DNA of 64,000 nt from Nitrosopumilus sp. (GCA_963662625.1 OY759726.1:1216001-1280000); one strand, 5' to 3'. Shown: positions 8,778 to 19,349, counted from the stretch's first letter. Program-made: numbers and translations. Notes: generated by a model from the sequence alone, not told the origin.

Positions 8778-11276
8778 TCACGGCACGAAGTACTCGGCCT
8801 CCGGGTGGTGCACGACCATGGCGGCAGTCGACTGCTCCGGGACTATCTGCCCCGCGTCGGTCAGGGTCATGCCGGACTCCTCGGGCGCAAGCAGCTCCCA
8901 GACCAGCCTGTGCTGCGCCGTGTCCGGGCAGCTGGGGTACCCCCAGCTGTAGCGCAGCCCGCCCTTGCCGGAGATCCCCCACTCGCCCTTGATCCTCGCG
9001 TTGATCCACGCGGCCATCCCCTCCGCGAACTCCACGGCGAGCCCGTGGAGGTAGTACGCGTCGGAGTACCTGCCGCCCTCGTTCCACTCCGTTATGGTCC
9101 TGGCGACCCTGTCCCCCACGGTCACCGCCTGGAACGCCACCACGTCCTCCCCCCCGAAATAGTCTGCCAGGCACAGGTGCCTGGGCTTCGTGGATCGTGG
9201 GAAATCAAACACGAGCTGCCCGCCCCTCGGCCGGTCTACCGCAAGCCCGTCGCCCCGCGCGTGGCACCCAAAGTACCCGTATACCGCCGTCGGCTCGAAG
9301 AGGCCCTCCTCCAGGATGCGCTCCTTCCACCGGACGAACAGCCTCTCGTGCTCCTCCTCCTGCTCCATGCCAGCCCGCCCCCGCAGGCCCCATGAGAGCT
9401 TGAACAGGGACTTTTTGTCGATCATCTCCCATACCTCCGCGGCGTCGATCTCCGACGGGCCGAGGCGCACGGGGGAGTTGATGCGCGGGGGGGCCGGAGG
9501 CTCGACCGGGACCACGCTGCTTCTCGGGACGTCCGCCTCCGGGGCGCTCGGCGCCGGCGCGTCCTTCCACCTTTCCAGCTTCTCCCTCCAGGAACGCAGC
9601 AGCAGCTGCCTTTCGTCTGACGCCAGGCCGTCCATGGTCTTGAGGCCGTCAAACATGGTGTTGCAGTAAAAGACTCCGGGCTCGTACACGCCGCCCTTCC
9701 TCGCAATCCTGTTTATGAAGTTCGTGTTGATCGCGGCGCCGCCGCACAGGATCGGTATGGTCATGCCGCTCTTCCTCGCGTGGTCCACGAAGAGTTCCAT
9801 CTGCTTTGACGTGGACACGAGCAGCGCGGAGAGCCCCACCGCGTCGGCGCCCACCTCGTCGATCTTGTCGAGGAACTTCTGCATCGGCACCTGCTTGCCC
9901 AGATCGTAGACCGAGTACCCGTTGTTCTCGAAGATCGTCTTTACGAGGTTCTTGCCGATGTCGTGCACGTCGCCGTAGACCGTCCCCAGGACGAGCTTCC
10001 CCTTCGTGGATCCCTCCTCCCTTACGAGGTACTTCTCGAGCTCGGCCACCGCCGCCTTCATGCACTCCGCGGACTTTAGCACGAACGGCAGGATCAGCTC
10101 GCCCGCGCCGAACTTGTCGCCCACCTCCTTCATGGCGGGCAGCAGGTCCTCGTTCAGCGTGGCGATGGCGCCGTCGTGCGTGGCCTCCCTGGGCTCGTCG
10201 ATGGACAGCCTCCCGTCGCCCGAGATCGATCCCGGCCTTGAGATCCTCTCGGCTATCGCCATGACGACGTCGTTTTCTATCCCGTCCCTCAGCCGGTTCA
10301 CGATCCTGAAGTTGGCCCTCCTCCCGGCGGGCCAGGAGGGGTCCACGTCGGCCTTCTTCTTGGCGCCGCCCCCCCCGGCGCCCGCCTTTTCAAAGTGCGC
10401 CACGAGCTCCGGCAGCGCGTCGGGGCGGGAGTTGAAGATCAGGTCCTCGGCGAGCCCGCGCTCCCTCCCGCCGACGTCGCCGTACGGGACGATCTCCTTG
10501 GAGTTCACGATGGCGGTGTCCAGCCCGTGCCTGACCGCGTGGTGCAGGAACACCGAGTTGAGGATCTTCCTTGCGTGGGGGGCCAGGCCGAAGCTTATGT
10601 TGCTGAGCCCGAGGGTCGTGAACGACCCCGGGAAGCGCTCCTTCACCCCCTTTATCCCCTCCAGCGTGTTTATCCCGGCGTTCAGGAACTCCTCCTGGCC
10701 GGTCGCCAGGGTGAACGTGAGCACGTCGAAGATGAACTGTTCGGGCCCCAGGCCGTGCCTCTTCCCGGCCTCGTGGAGCAGCCCCGCGGTCTCCACCTTC
10801 TCGTCGACCGTCTTTGCCATCCCGCCTGGCCCTATGCACAGCGCGATGGCCGGCACGCCGTACCTTGCCATCAGCGGGGCGAGCCTCTCGAACCTGCTCC
10901 CGTCCCCCTCCAGGTTGATCGAGTTGATCACGGGCCTTCCCGGGATCTGCAGCACGGCGGCCTCTATGACGGCGGGATCGGTCGAGTCGATCACCAGCGG
11001 CGCGTCGATCTCCAGGCTGAGCGCCTTCACCAGCCTGGTCATGAACTCCTTCTCGTCGGCGCGCTCGGTGGTGGCCACGCATACGTCCAGGCAGTGGGCA
11101 CCGTTCTCCACCTGATCGCGGGCCAGGTCCACCAGTCCGTCGAGGTCGCCGTTTAGCACCAGCTCCTTGGCCCTCCTAGAGCCCTGGGTGTTCAGGCGCT
11201 CCCCGATGATCATGGGGGGAGGCTCCTGCCTGATGTCCACTGCCTTCAATGCCGAGCTTACCCTGGGAACTGCCAA
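8778..11276 (-). CDS. metH: B12-dependent methionine synthase: pterin-binding, cobalamin-binding and activation domains
   Basis: IIGERLNTQGS, GDVHDIGKNLV (DxHxxG cobalamin motif), RYSWGYPSCPD. Confidence 0.95.
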   Translation of the reverse strand: MAVPRVSSALKAVDIRQEPPPMIIGERLNTQGSRRAKELVLNGDLDGLVDLARDQVENGAHCLDVCVATTERADEKEFMTRLVKALSLEIDAPLVIDSTDPAVIEAAVLQIPGRPVINSINLEGDGSRFERLAPLMARYGVPAIALCIGPGGMAKTVDEKVETAGLLHEAGKRHGLGPEQFIFDVLTFTLATGQEEFLNAGINTLEGIKGVKERFPGSFTTLGLSNISFGLAPHARKILNSVFLHHAVRHGLDTAIVNSKEIVPYGDVGGRERGLAEDLIFNSRPDALPELVAHFEKAGAGGGGAKKKADVDPSWPAGRRANFRIVNRLRDGIENDVVMAIAERISRPGSISGDGRLSIDEPREATHDGAIATLNEDLLPAMKEVGDKFGAGELILPFVLKSAECMKAAVAELEKYLVREEGSTKGKLVLGTVYGDVHDIGKNLVKTIFENNGYSVYDLGKQVPMQKFLDKIDEVGADAVGLSALLVSTSKQMELFVDHARKSGMTIPILCGGAAINTNFINRIARKGGVYEPGVFYCNTMFDGLKTMDGLASDERQLLLRSWREKLERWKDAPAPSAPEADVPRSSVVPVEPPAPPRINSPVRLGPSEIDAAEVWEMIDKKSLFKLSWGLRGRAGMEQEEEHERLFVRWKERILEEGLFEPTAVYGYFGCHARGDGLAVDRPRGGQLVFDFPRSTKPRHLCLADYFGGEDVVAFQAVTVGDRVARTITEWNEGGRYSDAYYLHGLAVEFAEGMAAWINARIKGEWGISGKGGLRYSWGYPSCPDTAQHRLVWELLAPEESGMTLTDAGQIVPEQSTAAMVVHHPEAEYFVP

Positions 11277-11308
11277 CTGCGTACCCTTGCCGTGATTTTT
11301 CTAAATAC

Positions 11309-12277
11309 TTAACCCTTGGCAGGATCGACCATTTCGTCAATTACTTTGCGCAGCGCCCTGATGTGGTCCGGGCCAGTCCCGCAGCACCCGCCGACGATCC
11401 TCACCCTGCCGTAGCTGCGCATAAAGTCGCCCAGCGCCCCCGCCATGTCCCCGGGGGTCATCTTGTAGACTGCCCTCCCGCCCTGGTTTTCCGGCATGCC
11501 CGCATTCGGGACGACCAGCAGGTCGTGCGCCTGGTCGTCGAGCCACCTCACGCTGGGCGTCATCTCGACGGGCCCCGTGGAGCAGTTCAGGCCGAAGACG
11601 TCGATCCCCATGCCCGACACCGTGGTGTACGCGGCCTGGATGCCGGTTCCCAGCAGCATCTTGCCGTACTGGTCCAGCGTGACGTTGGCGATGACGGGGA
11701 CCCTCCTTGCCGTCTTTTCGGCCGCGTTATGGCACGCCTCGATCGCGAGCTTCACCTCCAGTATGTCCTGGCTCGTCTCGATCAGCAGCGCGTCCACGCC
11801 GCCGCGGATCAGCCCCTCTGCCTGCAGCTCGAACGCCCGGCGGATGTCGCCCAGCGGCACCTGCCCCAGGTCAGGATCGTTGGAGCTGGGCAGGTAGCCG
11901 GAGGGGCCCATGGAGCCTATGGCGTACCGGGGCCCCTGGCACTCCGAGCAGGCCCTGGCGGCCAGCTTCGCGATCTTCTCGTTGAGGCCCACGGTCTGGT
12001 CGCCAAAGCCGTACTCGGCGAGCTTTATCCCGTTTGACCCGAAGGAGTTCGTCTCTATGCAGTCGGCCCCCGCCTCCAGGTAACTGCGGTGTACCTGCAT
12101 GATCCACTCCGGGCGGGTGATCGCCAGCCCGTCGTTGAACCCGTCCGCGCCGCCCGGAAAGTCCTCTGGCCTGGGATCGAGCTTTTGGATCTCCGTCCCC
12201 ATGGCCCCGTCAAAGAGCAGGATCCTGTCCTTCATCGCGGACAGGAACGGTTCCTTTTCAGGCAAGGCAGCATTCAA
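11309..12277 (-). CDS. metH: Homocysteine S-methyltransferase domain (N-terminal module of split MetH)
   Basis: DGAMGT, GLNCSTGP, GGCCGTGPDHI; TTG start inferred. Confidence 0.92.
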   Translation of the reverse strand: MNAALPEKEPFLSAMKDRILLFDGAMGTEIQKLDPRPEDFPGGADGFNDGLAITRPEWIMQVHRSYLEAGADCIETNSFGSNGIKLAEYGFGDQTVGLNEKIAKLAARACSECQGPRYAIGSMGPSGYLPSSNDPDLGQVPLGDIRRAFELQAEGLIRGGVDALLIETSQDILEVKLAIEACHNAAEKTARRVPVIANVTLDQYGKMLLGTGIQAAYTTVSGMGIDVFGLNCSTGPVEMTPSVRWLDDQAHDLLVVPNAGMPENQGGRAVYKMTPGDMAGALGDFMRSYGRVRIVGGCCGTGPDHIRALRKVIDEMVDPAKG

Positions 12278-12293
12278 ACGGCCGCGCCGCCGT

Positions 12294-13309
12294 TTAACTC
12301 TTTTCAGCCCGGCGACGAACGGCGCCAAAGCACCGCGCCGCGCCTACGTCAAGAATTTTGTTTACCATGGATTCGTATGTGTATCCTGCAGCTTTTGCGG
12401 CGTAAAAGAATGGGCCGCCCAGGCCAATGCCTGCCATGGAGTTCAACTCAAGGACGTAAAAGCCGTCGTCCTTGCCCATCCTGATGTCGGCCCGGGCGTA
12501 GTCATCAAGGCCCAGAGACGTAAACGCGTTGGTGCACAGCTGCCCCAGCTCCTCCGTCTTTTGTTTGGATAGGGGCGCGGGACACGTCTTGTCTGCACCG
12601 CCCTTCCTGGCCTTGATGCTCGTTGTCTGTATTTTGTCTGGGCCTCCAAGATTTATTTCCACAACGGGTAGAACCTCAAGGTTTGGGGAGTTTCCTATCA
12701 TGCCCACCGCAAACTCCCTGCCTGGGACGAACTGTTCTGCCAGCGCGTCCTGCTGGTACTTGTCAATCTGTTTTTTGGCCGCAACCCTGAGATCGTCCCA
12801 GTTGCGCGCAATCTCTATGCCCATGGATATGGATTCCATTCTTGGCTTTACGATTACCGGGAAAACCAGATCGTCGAACGTGTCTTCGGGTGTTTTAAAG
12901 ACCCAAAAGCCGGGGTCGGCATGTTGTTCCGTTGCAACACGATTTTGGCCATGGCCTTGTCTTGGGCTATGGCGTGTCCTGCCGGTCCTGACCCCGTGTA
13001 GGGAATGCCCAGCATCTCCATCATGGCAGGAACGTGCGTATACCTGTTCCGTCCCTGCATGCCGTATGCCATGTTAAACACCATTCCTGGATTTTCGCCT
13101 TCAGCTGCCTTGGGCATGAATTCGCGCAGCTCGCCTGCGAGGTTGATGCCTGCCTTGATGGACTTGATTGTGTGCCCCCCCTTCTCCAAGGCCCGCGCTA
13201 CCACTTCGACTGCCTCGGGGCTGTAATGTTCATTGTTGGGCATTCCAGAGACGTTGATTACGTCTTCTGGCCGTATGCGTTGATCGTTGTAGACTAGTGC
13301 CACCTTCAA
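12294..13309 (-). pseudogene. D-Ala-D-Ala ligase-like ATP-grasp protein, frameshifted
   Basis: ORFs 12854..13309 (EMLGIPYTGSG...QDKAMAK) and 12294..12839 (EQFVPGREF, RADIR, VLELNSMAG) join if one base is restored in the G-run at 12912-12915 (MPTP|GFWVFKTPED). Confidence 0.8.
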
Positions 13310-13449
13310 CCCAGTGGCCCCTCCTTGCAGGTCGCCAGCCGCACGGCAGCGCAAGCGGCGGCGCGTTCCTTGTAAGGGGGTTGGGTGGGGGCTGCCCCGC
13401 GTGCGGCAGCGGATCCCTTGCCGCGCGTGGGTTCGCCCCCGTCCAGGGG

Positions 13450-13810
13450 AGCTCCACCGCCCCCATCATCCTGTCCACGGGGCGCCCCGACCTGAACATT
13501 ATGAAGGTCGGGATCGACTGCACCCCGAACCTCGCCGCGACTTCCTGGTTCCGGTCAACGTTCACCCTCGCGAACCTTACCCCCGGGTACTTCCTCGACA
13601 GGCTCTCGAACACCGGGTGCATCATCTTGCACGGGCCGCACCACTCGGCCCAAAAGTCCACCAGCGTGGGGCCCTCTGCGGAGACTGCCCGGTCAAAGTC
13701 CCGGCCGTCGAGGTCCGCGACGCCGGGCTCCGCGGGAGCCGGTTCTGCTGCCTCAGCATCTCCTCCAGCTTCCCCTGCTTTATCCTCTCGATCTCCGGAT
13801 CCTCGGCCAT
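13450..13810 (-). pseudogene. trxA: Thioredoxin, frameshifted and with an apparently replaced C-terminus
   Basis: MAEDPEIERIKQGKLEEM in one frame, LVDFWAEWCGPCK...QSIPT in another (shift near 13745); similarity appears to end after GAV. Confidence 0.8.
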
Positions 13811-13940
13811 GCCACTCCTAACGTGGCGCTCTCTTAATCTGTGTTGCCTTCGGCCCTCCAAAAGCTGCCCGGATCCGGCGCCCGGGGCACGTCCCGGCGG
13901 GCCGCGCGCGGATCATGGGCGCGCCTGGCCGCCGCGCGCG

Positions 13941-14036
13941 CTAGCGCCCCCTCCCGGGCACCTTCCAGTTCCCGTCTACCACGCACGCGTCGCACTTTCT
14001 CTTCCCCATGCCTGTCCCAATGCTTGTCTTTCTCAT
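13941..14036 (-). CDS. 31-aa small basic CxxC peptide (MRKTSIGTGMGKRKCDACVVDGNWKVPGRGR)
   Basis: Not in ORF track; strong SD AAAGGAGGTGA 9 nt upstream of ATG; TTAAATA about 190 nt further upstream. Confidence 0.5.
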   Translation of the reverse strand: MRKTSIGTGMGKRKCDACVVDGNWKVPGRGR

Positions 14037-14260
14037 CCTCTCCTGTCACCTCCTTTCGGATGCCTGGCGGGCCGGAAGCTGCACACGCCCACCAGGGCGC
14101 GAAGCCCAGTCACACGGCAGCCCGGATTGTCCCATTCAACAGAAAGGGCGCATGCCCACACCGTACAAGGGGCCGGTCCATCGGGGCAACTACGCCTGGG
14201 TGGTTATCATGTGTTCAAGATGGTCCAATATTTAACACAGTAACTACGCCAACAGGGCCG

Positions 14261-15028
14261 TCACCGCAGCCCCCACCTGGCCATCACCTTGTTCTCCAGC
14301 CTCGCGAACACGACGCCGTCGACGATCAGGCCGATTCCCATTATGACCAGCATTATCGCGATCACCTGCGAGACGTCGTTCAGGGAGCGGCCGGCATGCA
14401 GCAGGAAGCCCAGCCCCAGGTAGGAGAACAGCAGTTCGGCGCCGATGACCCCCCTCCACGCGAAGGCCCACCCCTGCTTGAAGCCCGAGATCATGTACGG
14501 GAACGCGGCGGGGATCAGCACGCTGGTTACGAGCTGCCCCCCCCTCGCGCCCATGTTCCGCGCGGCCTCGATATAGTCCGGATCGATGTTCTTGACTCCC
14601 GTGTACGTGTTGATCGTCACCGCGAATATGGCCCCTATCGCCACGACGAAGACTATCCCCACGTCGCCGAACCCGAACCAGAGGATCGCAAGCGGCACCC
14701 ACGCTATCGACGGGATCGACTGGAGCCCGAGGACCATGGAGCCGATGGTCTGGTTGACGACCTCCACCCTGGCCATGAAGATTCCCATCACCATGCCCCC
14801 GGCGATGGCCACCGCCAGCCCTAGCGAGAGGCGCCACATGCTGGTCGCCATGCCGTAGAACAGGCTCCCGTCCGCGGCGCTGTATGCCAGGTCCTCTGCC
14901 ACCTCGTACGGGGACGGGAAGATGTTGCTGGGCCAGACCCCGGATGCCGCAACGGCCTGCCAGACGGCGATTATCCCCACGTAGAACGCGATCCTCTTTG
15001 CCGTGTAGTTCTTTGCCACGCCGCTCAC
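14261..15028 (-). CDS. ABC transporter permease (SsuC/TauC/NrtB-like)
   Basis: EAARNMGA EAA loop, hydrophobic helices, WRGVIGAE. Confidence 0.92.
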   Translation of the reverse strand: MSGVAKNYTAKRIAFYVGIIAVWQAVAASGVWPSNIFPSPYEVAEDLAYSAADGSLFYGMATSMWRLSLGLAVAIAGGMVMGIFMARVEVVNQTIGSMVLGLQSIPSIAWVPLAILWFGFGDVGIVFVVAIGAIFAVTINTYTGVKNIDPDYIEAARNMGARGGQLVTSVLIPAAFPYMISGFKQGWAFAWRGVIGAELLFSYLGLGFLLHAGRSLNDVSQVIAIMLVIMGIGLIVDGVVFARLENKVMARWGLR

Positions 15029-15789
15029 CCAGGGTTCTTCTTGACCTCGGGCCTCAGCTCGGCCAGGATGTCCTGCTGGAACTGCAGGAGCGACTCGTCC
15101 TCGGTGACCCTGGGCCTGGGAAAGTCGTTCTCGAACTCTTTCTTTATCACCGACGGCCTGTTGCTGAAGATCGCGACCTTGGTCCCTAGGACCGCCGCCT
15201 CGGCTACGTTGTGCGTCACGAACAGGATGGTCTTCTTGGTCTTCTCCCAGATCAGTTGCATCTCCACCAGCAGCAGGTCGCGCGTCTGCGCGTCCAGCGC
15301 CGCAAACGGCTCGTCCATGAGCAGCATCTCGGGATCCATCACGAGGGCGCGGGCGATGGCGACGCGCTGCTTCATCCCTGTGGACAGCTGGTACGTGTAA
15401 GAGTCGGCGAACTTCGTCAGCTGCATCATGTCCAGGTACCTGCCCGATATCTTCGCGCGTTCCTCCCTCGGGATGCCTGCCATCTTCAGCCCGAACTCGA
15501 CGTTGTCTTGCACCTTAAGCCACGGAAACAGCGCGCCCTCCTGGAACACCATTATCCTCTCGGGGCCCGTGCCCGACACGGGGCGGCCGTCGAAGATTAT
15601 CTCCCCCTCGTCGTGTGTATCCAGCCCGGCCACTATGCGCAGGAACGTCGACTTTCCGCACCCGGACGGGCCTACCAGGCACACGAAGTCGCCCGAATCC
15701 ACCATGAGGTTGACCCCTCCCAGCGCCTTCAGCCTGTGGGCGTCGTGGCTGAAGTACTTTACGATGTTCCTTGCCTCCAGCTTCGCCAA
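15025..15789 (-). CDS. ABC transporter ATP-binding protein (SsuB/TauB-like)
   Basis: GPSGCGKST, LSTGMKQR, LLMDEPF. Confidence 0.95.
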   Translation of the reverse strand: MAKLEARNIVKYFSHDAHRLKALGGVNLMVDSGDFVCLVGPSGCGKSTFLRIVAGLDTHDEGEIIFDGRPVSGTGPERIMVFQEGALFPWLKVQDNVEFGLKMAGIPREERAKISGRYLDMMQLTKFADSYTYQLSTGMKQRVAIARALVMDPEMLLMDEPFAALDAQTRDLLLVEMQLIWEKTKKTILFVTHNVAEAAVLGTKVAIFSNRPSVIKKEFENDFPRPRVTEDESLLQFQQDILAELRPEVKKNPG

Positions 15790-16812
15790 TCACGTGCCCT
15801 CCGCGCCCGGCTCCGGGCCCGCGTCGTAAAAGATCCCGGCCAGGTCGTAGCCGTTCCTCCCGAGGTAGCCCAGCGAATCGGCGCGCTCGGCAAAGATGTA
15901 CACGGAGCCCCTGATCGGGTCGGGGGTGATCTCCAGGTTGGACATGGCGGTGTCCACCACCTGATCCGGCAGGGCCTGCCCGTACGTGTCGGCCAGGAAC
16001 CGGTTGAATATGTCCCTTGTCTCCTCCGGGTTCTGGTTGACCCACCGCGCCGTCCGCTCGTGGGACAGCAGCAGGTCCCTTATGACCCCCGGGTTTTCCT
16101 CGGCGTATTCCACGTTCCCGATCAGTAGCACGGACGCAAACTGCCCGCCGGGCCAGAGATCCTCCTCGTAGAACAGCCTGGTCCCGCCTAGGTCGGCCTC
16201 CAGTATGGTGGCCCACGGTTCCGCGACCCACGCGCCGTCGATCTCGCCCTTGACAAACAGGGTGTATATGTCGGGATTCGGCAGGTTGTACACCGTCACG
16301 CTGCCGCCCCTTTCGGCCGGCCTCATCCCGTTCTCGCCCAGATAATGCCGCAGGGACACGTCCTGGGTGTTTCCTATCTGCGGCGCCGCGATCCTCTTTC
16401 CGGGAAAGTCCGAGGTCTCCGCGATGTCGGCGTCCGGGTGTATGACGAAGCTCGCGCCGCCGCTCGCGGCTCCAGACAGTATCCTGATGCTGTTCCCCTC
16501 CGAGTTCAGAAAGCCGTTGATTGCCGGCCCGGGGCCGACGTATGCCACGTCCACCGCGTCTGCGAACAGCGACTCGATCACCTGGGGCCCGCTGTCGAAC
16601 ACCCTGGTCTCGATGACGGTCTCGGGCCCGATCTGGTCCGCGAAGAAGCCCTTCTCGACGCCGACGATCGGTATGGTGTGCCCGATGTTGGGAAAGTACG
16701 CTATCCTGAGGCGATCATCGCCACCCTGGCCGTCGGCCGACACCAGTATGGCCGCGGCTGCCGAGATTATCATGCCAGCCCCGGCCATGGTTGCCACCGC
16801 CCGCCTATTCAT
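15790..16812 (-). CDS. ABC transporter substrate-binding protein (SsuA-like)
   Basis: N-terminal TM, YFPNIGH, YVGPGPAIN, GNTQDV, WVAEPW. Confidence 0.9.
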   Translation of the reverse strand: MNRRAVATMAGAGMIISAAAAILVSADGQGGDDRLRIAYFPNIGHTIPIVGVEKGFFADQIGPETVIETRVFDSGPQVIESLFADAVDVAYVGPGPAINGFLNSEGNSIRILSGAASGGASFVIHPDADIAETSDFPGKRIAAPQIGNTQDVSLRHYLGENGMRPAERGGSVTVYNLPNPDIYTLFVKGEIDGAWVAEPWATILEADLGGTRLFYEEDLWPGGQFASVLLIGNVEYAEENPGVIRDLLLSHERTARWVNQNPEETRDIFNRFLADTYGQALPDQVVDTAMSNLEITPDPIRGSVYIFAERADSLGYLGRNGYDLAGIFYDAGPEPGAEGT

Positions 16813-16930
16813 ACAACAGTGTTATATGTCGGGCCGTTAAATAATCATCGAATTTTAGCTCAAGCTAGCTAATCTGCCACGCGTAATCCGCCGGGCCGCC
16901 TGCCTTCCCGGGCGCGCGCTGCTTCCGGCA

Positions 16931-16986
16931 CCGGGATCCTGCCCGGCGCCCCGCGGGACCGGGATCCTGCCCGGCGCCCCGCGGGA
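16931..16986. repeat. Two tandem 28-bp copies CCGGGATCCTGCCCGGCGCCCCGCGGGA
   Basis: Directly visible intergenic duplication. Confidence 0.9.
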
Positions 16987-17100
16987 CCGGACGCGGCCCA
17001 CCCCGGAACTGCACGTGCCGGGGCGGCCACGCGGCCGGCCGGGAGACGGGGCGGCGTATCACAAGAGATAAATTCGAAAATGCGACGGAGAATATGTTTT

Positions 17101-18300
17101 ATGACCCAAAAAGGCATTCTGGCGTTTTCAGGAGGGCTGGACACGTCAGTCGTCGTCAAATACCTCCAGGAAGAACACGACATGGACGTCATCACGGTGA
17201 CGGTGGACGTGGGCCAGGGGGACGATCGCGGGAAGATCGCCTCAAAGGCAAAGCGGCTCGGCGTAAGGAAGCACTACGACATAGACGCGCGGGAGGAGTT
17301 CGCGAGGGACTACATCATCCCGTCAATCAAGGCGAACGCCCTCTACCAGAAGAAGTACTGCCTTGCGACCGCCCTTGCGCGGCCGTTGATAGCCGAAAAA
17401 GTCCTCGAGATCGCAAGAAAGGAGCGGGTCACGTCGCTTGCGCACGGCTGCTCCGGAAAGGGAAACGACCAGGTGCGGTTCGACATAACGCTGCGTTCGG
17501 GCTCCAGCCTGCCGATCATCGCCCCGATAAGGGACAAGAACCTGGACCGGGTCACCGAGCTGGAGTTCGCAAAGAGGCACGGGATCAAGATCGACACCGT
17601 GGCAAAAAAATTCAGCATCGACCAGAACCTGTGGGGGCGCGCGATCGAGGGAGGGGTCCTCGAGGATCCGTACTCGGAGCCCCCGGAGGACGCGTTTGCC
17701 TGGGTGAGGACGAAGAACCTGCCGGAGCGCCCGGCGTACGTGGAGATCGAGTTCGAGGGGGGAGCCCCGGTGGCGGTGGACGGGAGGCCGCTGGACCCGG
17801 TGAGCCTGGTCGAGCACCTCAACAAGAGGGCCGGGGCCGCCGGGGTGGGCATCGTCGACCACATCGAGGACCGGGTGGTCGGGATAAAGTCGCGGGAGGT
17901 GTACGAGACGCCCGCGGCGGTATGCCTCATCGAGGCCCACGCGGATCTCGAGAAGATGGTGCACACCAAGCACCAGAACAAGTTCAAGTCGATCGTCGAC
18001 GACGAGTGGGCGTACCTGGTATACTCGGGGCTGTGGCAGGATCCGCTGAAGCGGGACCTGGACGGCCTCATCGAGTCCTCCCAGGCCCGGGTGTCGGGGA
18101 AGGTGAGGCTCAGGCTCCACAAGGGGGGCCTCCGGGTCGTGGGAAGGATGTCCGGCAACTCCCTGTACAGCCGCGAGGTGGCCACCTACGGGACGGAGTC
18201 CACGTTTGACCAGCGGCTGGCCAAGGGCTTCGTGGAACTGTGGGGAATGCAGTCAACAGAAGCTAATAAATTACAAAAGAAAAGGTCAACAAGAACATGA
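17101..18300 (+). CDS. argG: Argininosuccinate synthase
   Basis: AFSGGLDTS, HGCSGKGNDQVRF, KSREVYETP. Confidence 0.97.
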   Translation: MTQKGILAFSGGLDTSVVVKYLQEEHDMDVITVTVDVGQGDDRGKIASKAKRLGVRKHYDIDAREEFARDYIIPSIKANALYQKKYCLATALARPLIAEKVLEIARKERVTSLAHGCSGKGNDQVRFDITLRSGSSLPIIAPIRDKNLDRVTELEFAKRHGIKIDTVAKKFSIDQNLWGRAIEGGVLEDPYSEPPEDAFAWVRTKNLPERPAYVEIEFEGGAPVAVDGRPLDPVSLVEHLNKRAGAAGVGIVDHIEDRVVGIKSREVYETPAAVCLIEAHADLEKMVHTKHQNKFKSIVDDEWAYLVYSGLWQDPLKRDLDGLIESSQARVSGKVRLRLHKGGLRVVGRMSGNSLYSREVATYGTESTFDQRLAKGFVELWGMQSTEANKLQKKRSTRT

Positions 18301-18464
18301 ACTGCCCAGAATGTGACGCGACCCTGAACGTCCCAGACGATGCCTCCGTAGGGGAGATAATCTCCTGCCCTGACTGCGGCGCCGACTTTGAGATCGCAAA
18401 AAAAGACGGATCCGACGTCGAACTAAAGCAGGCAGAAAGCGTAGGCGAAGACTGGGGAGAGTAA
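18297..18464 (+). CDS. lysW: Amino-group carrier protein LysW/ArgW (copy 1, ends EDWGE)
   Basis: Not in ORF track; MNCPECD...CPDCG...VGEDWGE, 55 aa. Confidence 0.95.
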   Translation: MNCPECDATLNVPDDASVGEIISCPDCGADFEIAKKDGSDVELKQAESVGEDWGE

Positions 18465-19321
18465 TGCCGAGGCTCTCCATCGTGTTTGACCGCCTCAGGG
18501 CGGAAGAGAAGATGCTCCAAAAGGAGGCCGCCGGCATGGGGCTGGACACGGAGATGCTGGACGCAAAGACGGCCCGCGTCGACACGGACAGCAAAAAGGA
18601 GGACCTCGGGCTGGGGGACGTGGCGCTGGAGAGGTGCGTCAGCTACTTCCGCGGCCTCCACTTCACCTCGTGCCTGGAGTTCATGGGGGTCCCGGTCCTG
18701 AACACGTTCCGCGTGGCCAGCGCCTGCGGGAACAAGATGTTCATGACGCTGCTCCTGAAAAAACACAACGTCCCGACCCCGAGGACGTACTTCTCGTTCT
18801 CGCGCCAGGGCGCCGAGGAGTGCATCAGGGAGGCCGGCTACCCGCTCGTGATAAAGCCGGTCATAGGAAGCTGGGGGCGCGGGGTAGTCAACCTGAAGGA
18901 CAGGGACACGGCAGACGCCATCTTCGAGATCAGGGACGTCACGGACAGCCCGCACGACCGGATCTACTACCTGCAGGAACTGGTCGACAGGCCCCCGAGG
19001 GACATACGCGTGATCACCGTCGGCGACGAGCCGGTGGCCGCCATGTACAGGATGTCCCAGGGCGGCTTCAAGACCAACATCGCCCTGGGGGCCGATCCAG
19101 AGCCGTGCGAGATCACGAAAGAGGTGGAGGACCTGGCGTCCAGGGCCTCGAGGGCAGTGGGCGGGGGCATCCTGGGGATCGACATGATGGAGGACAGGGA
19201 CCGGGGGCTGGTGGTCCACGAGGTGAACAACACGGTGGAGTTCAAGGGGCTGTCAAGGGTGGCCGCGCGGAACATCCCTGGGGAGATGGTCAGGTTCGCG
19301 CTGGACCACGCTAGGAAATAA
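18464..19321 (+). CDS. argX: RimK-family LysW ligase, ArgX-like
   Basis: KPVIGSWGR, C-terminal EFKGL (ArgX-type); follows argG-lysW. Confidence 0.8.
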   Translation: MPRLSIVFDRLRAEEKMLQKEAAGMGLDTEMLDAKTARVDTDSKKEDLGLGDVALERCVSYFRGLHFTSCLEFMGVPVLNTFRVASACGNKMFMTLLLKKHNVPTPRTYFSFSRQGAEECIREAGYPLVIKPVIGSWGRGVVNLKDRDTADAIFEIRDVTDSPHDRIYYLQELVDRPPRDIRVITVGDEPVAAMYRMSQGGFKTNIALGADPEPCEITKEVEDLASRASRAVGGGILGIDMMEDRDRGLVVHEVNNTVEFKGLSRVAARNIPGEMVRFALDHARK

Positions 19322-19349
19322 ATTATACTCCGTGGCGAGGAGGTTTATC

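Noticed and set aside
8778-12277. Split MetH as a pseudogene
   Set aside because: The split falls at a domain boundary with clean stop and start; modular MetH is well known
14040-14075. 16S rRNA 3' end (TCACCTCCT) or SRP RNA helix 8
   Set aside because: No flanking rRNA similarity and the SRP AGCA element is missing; better explained as a minus-strand SD
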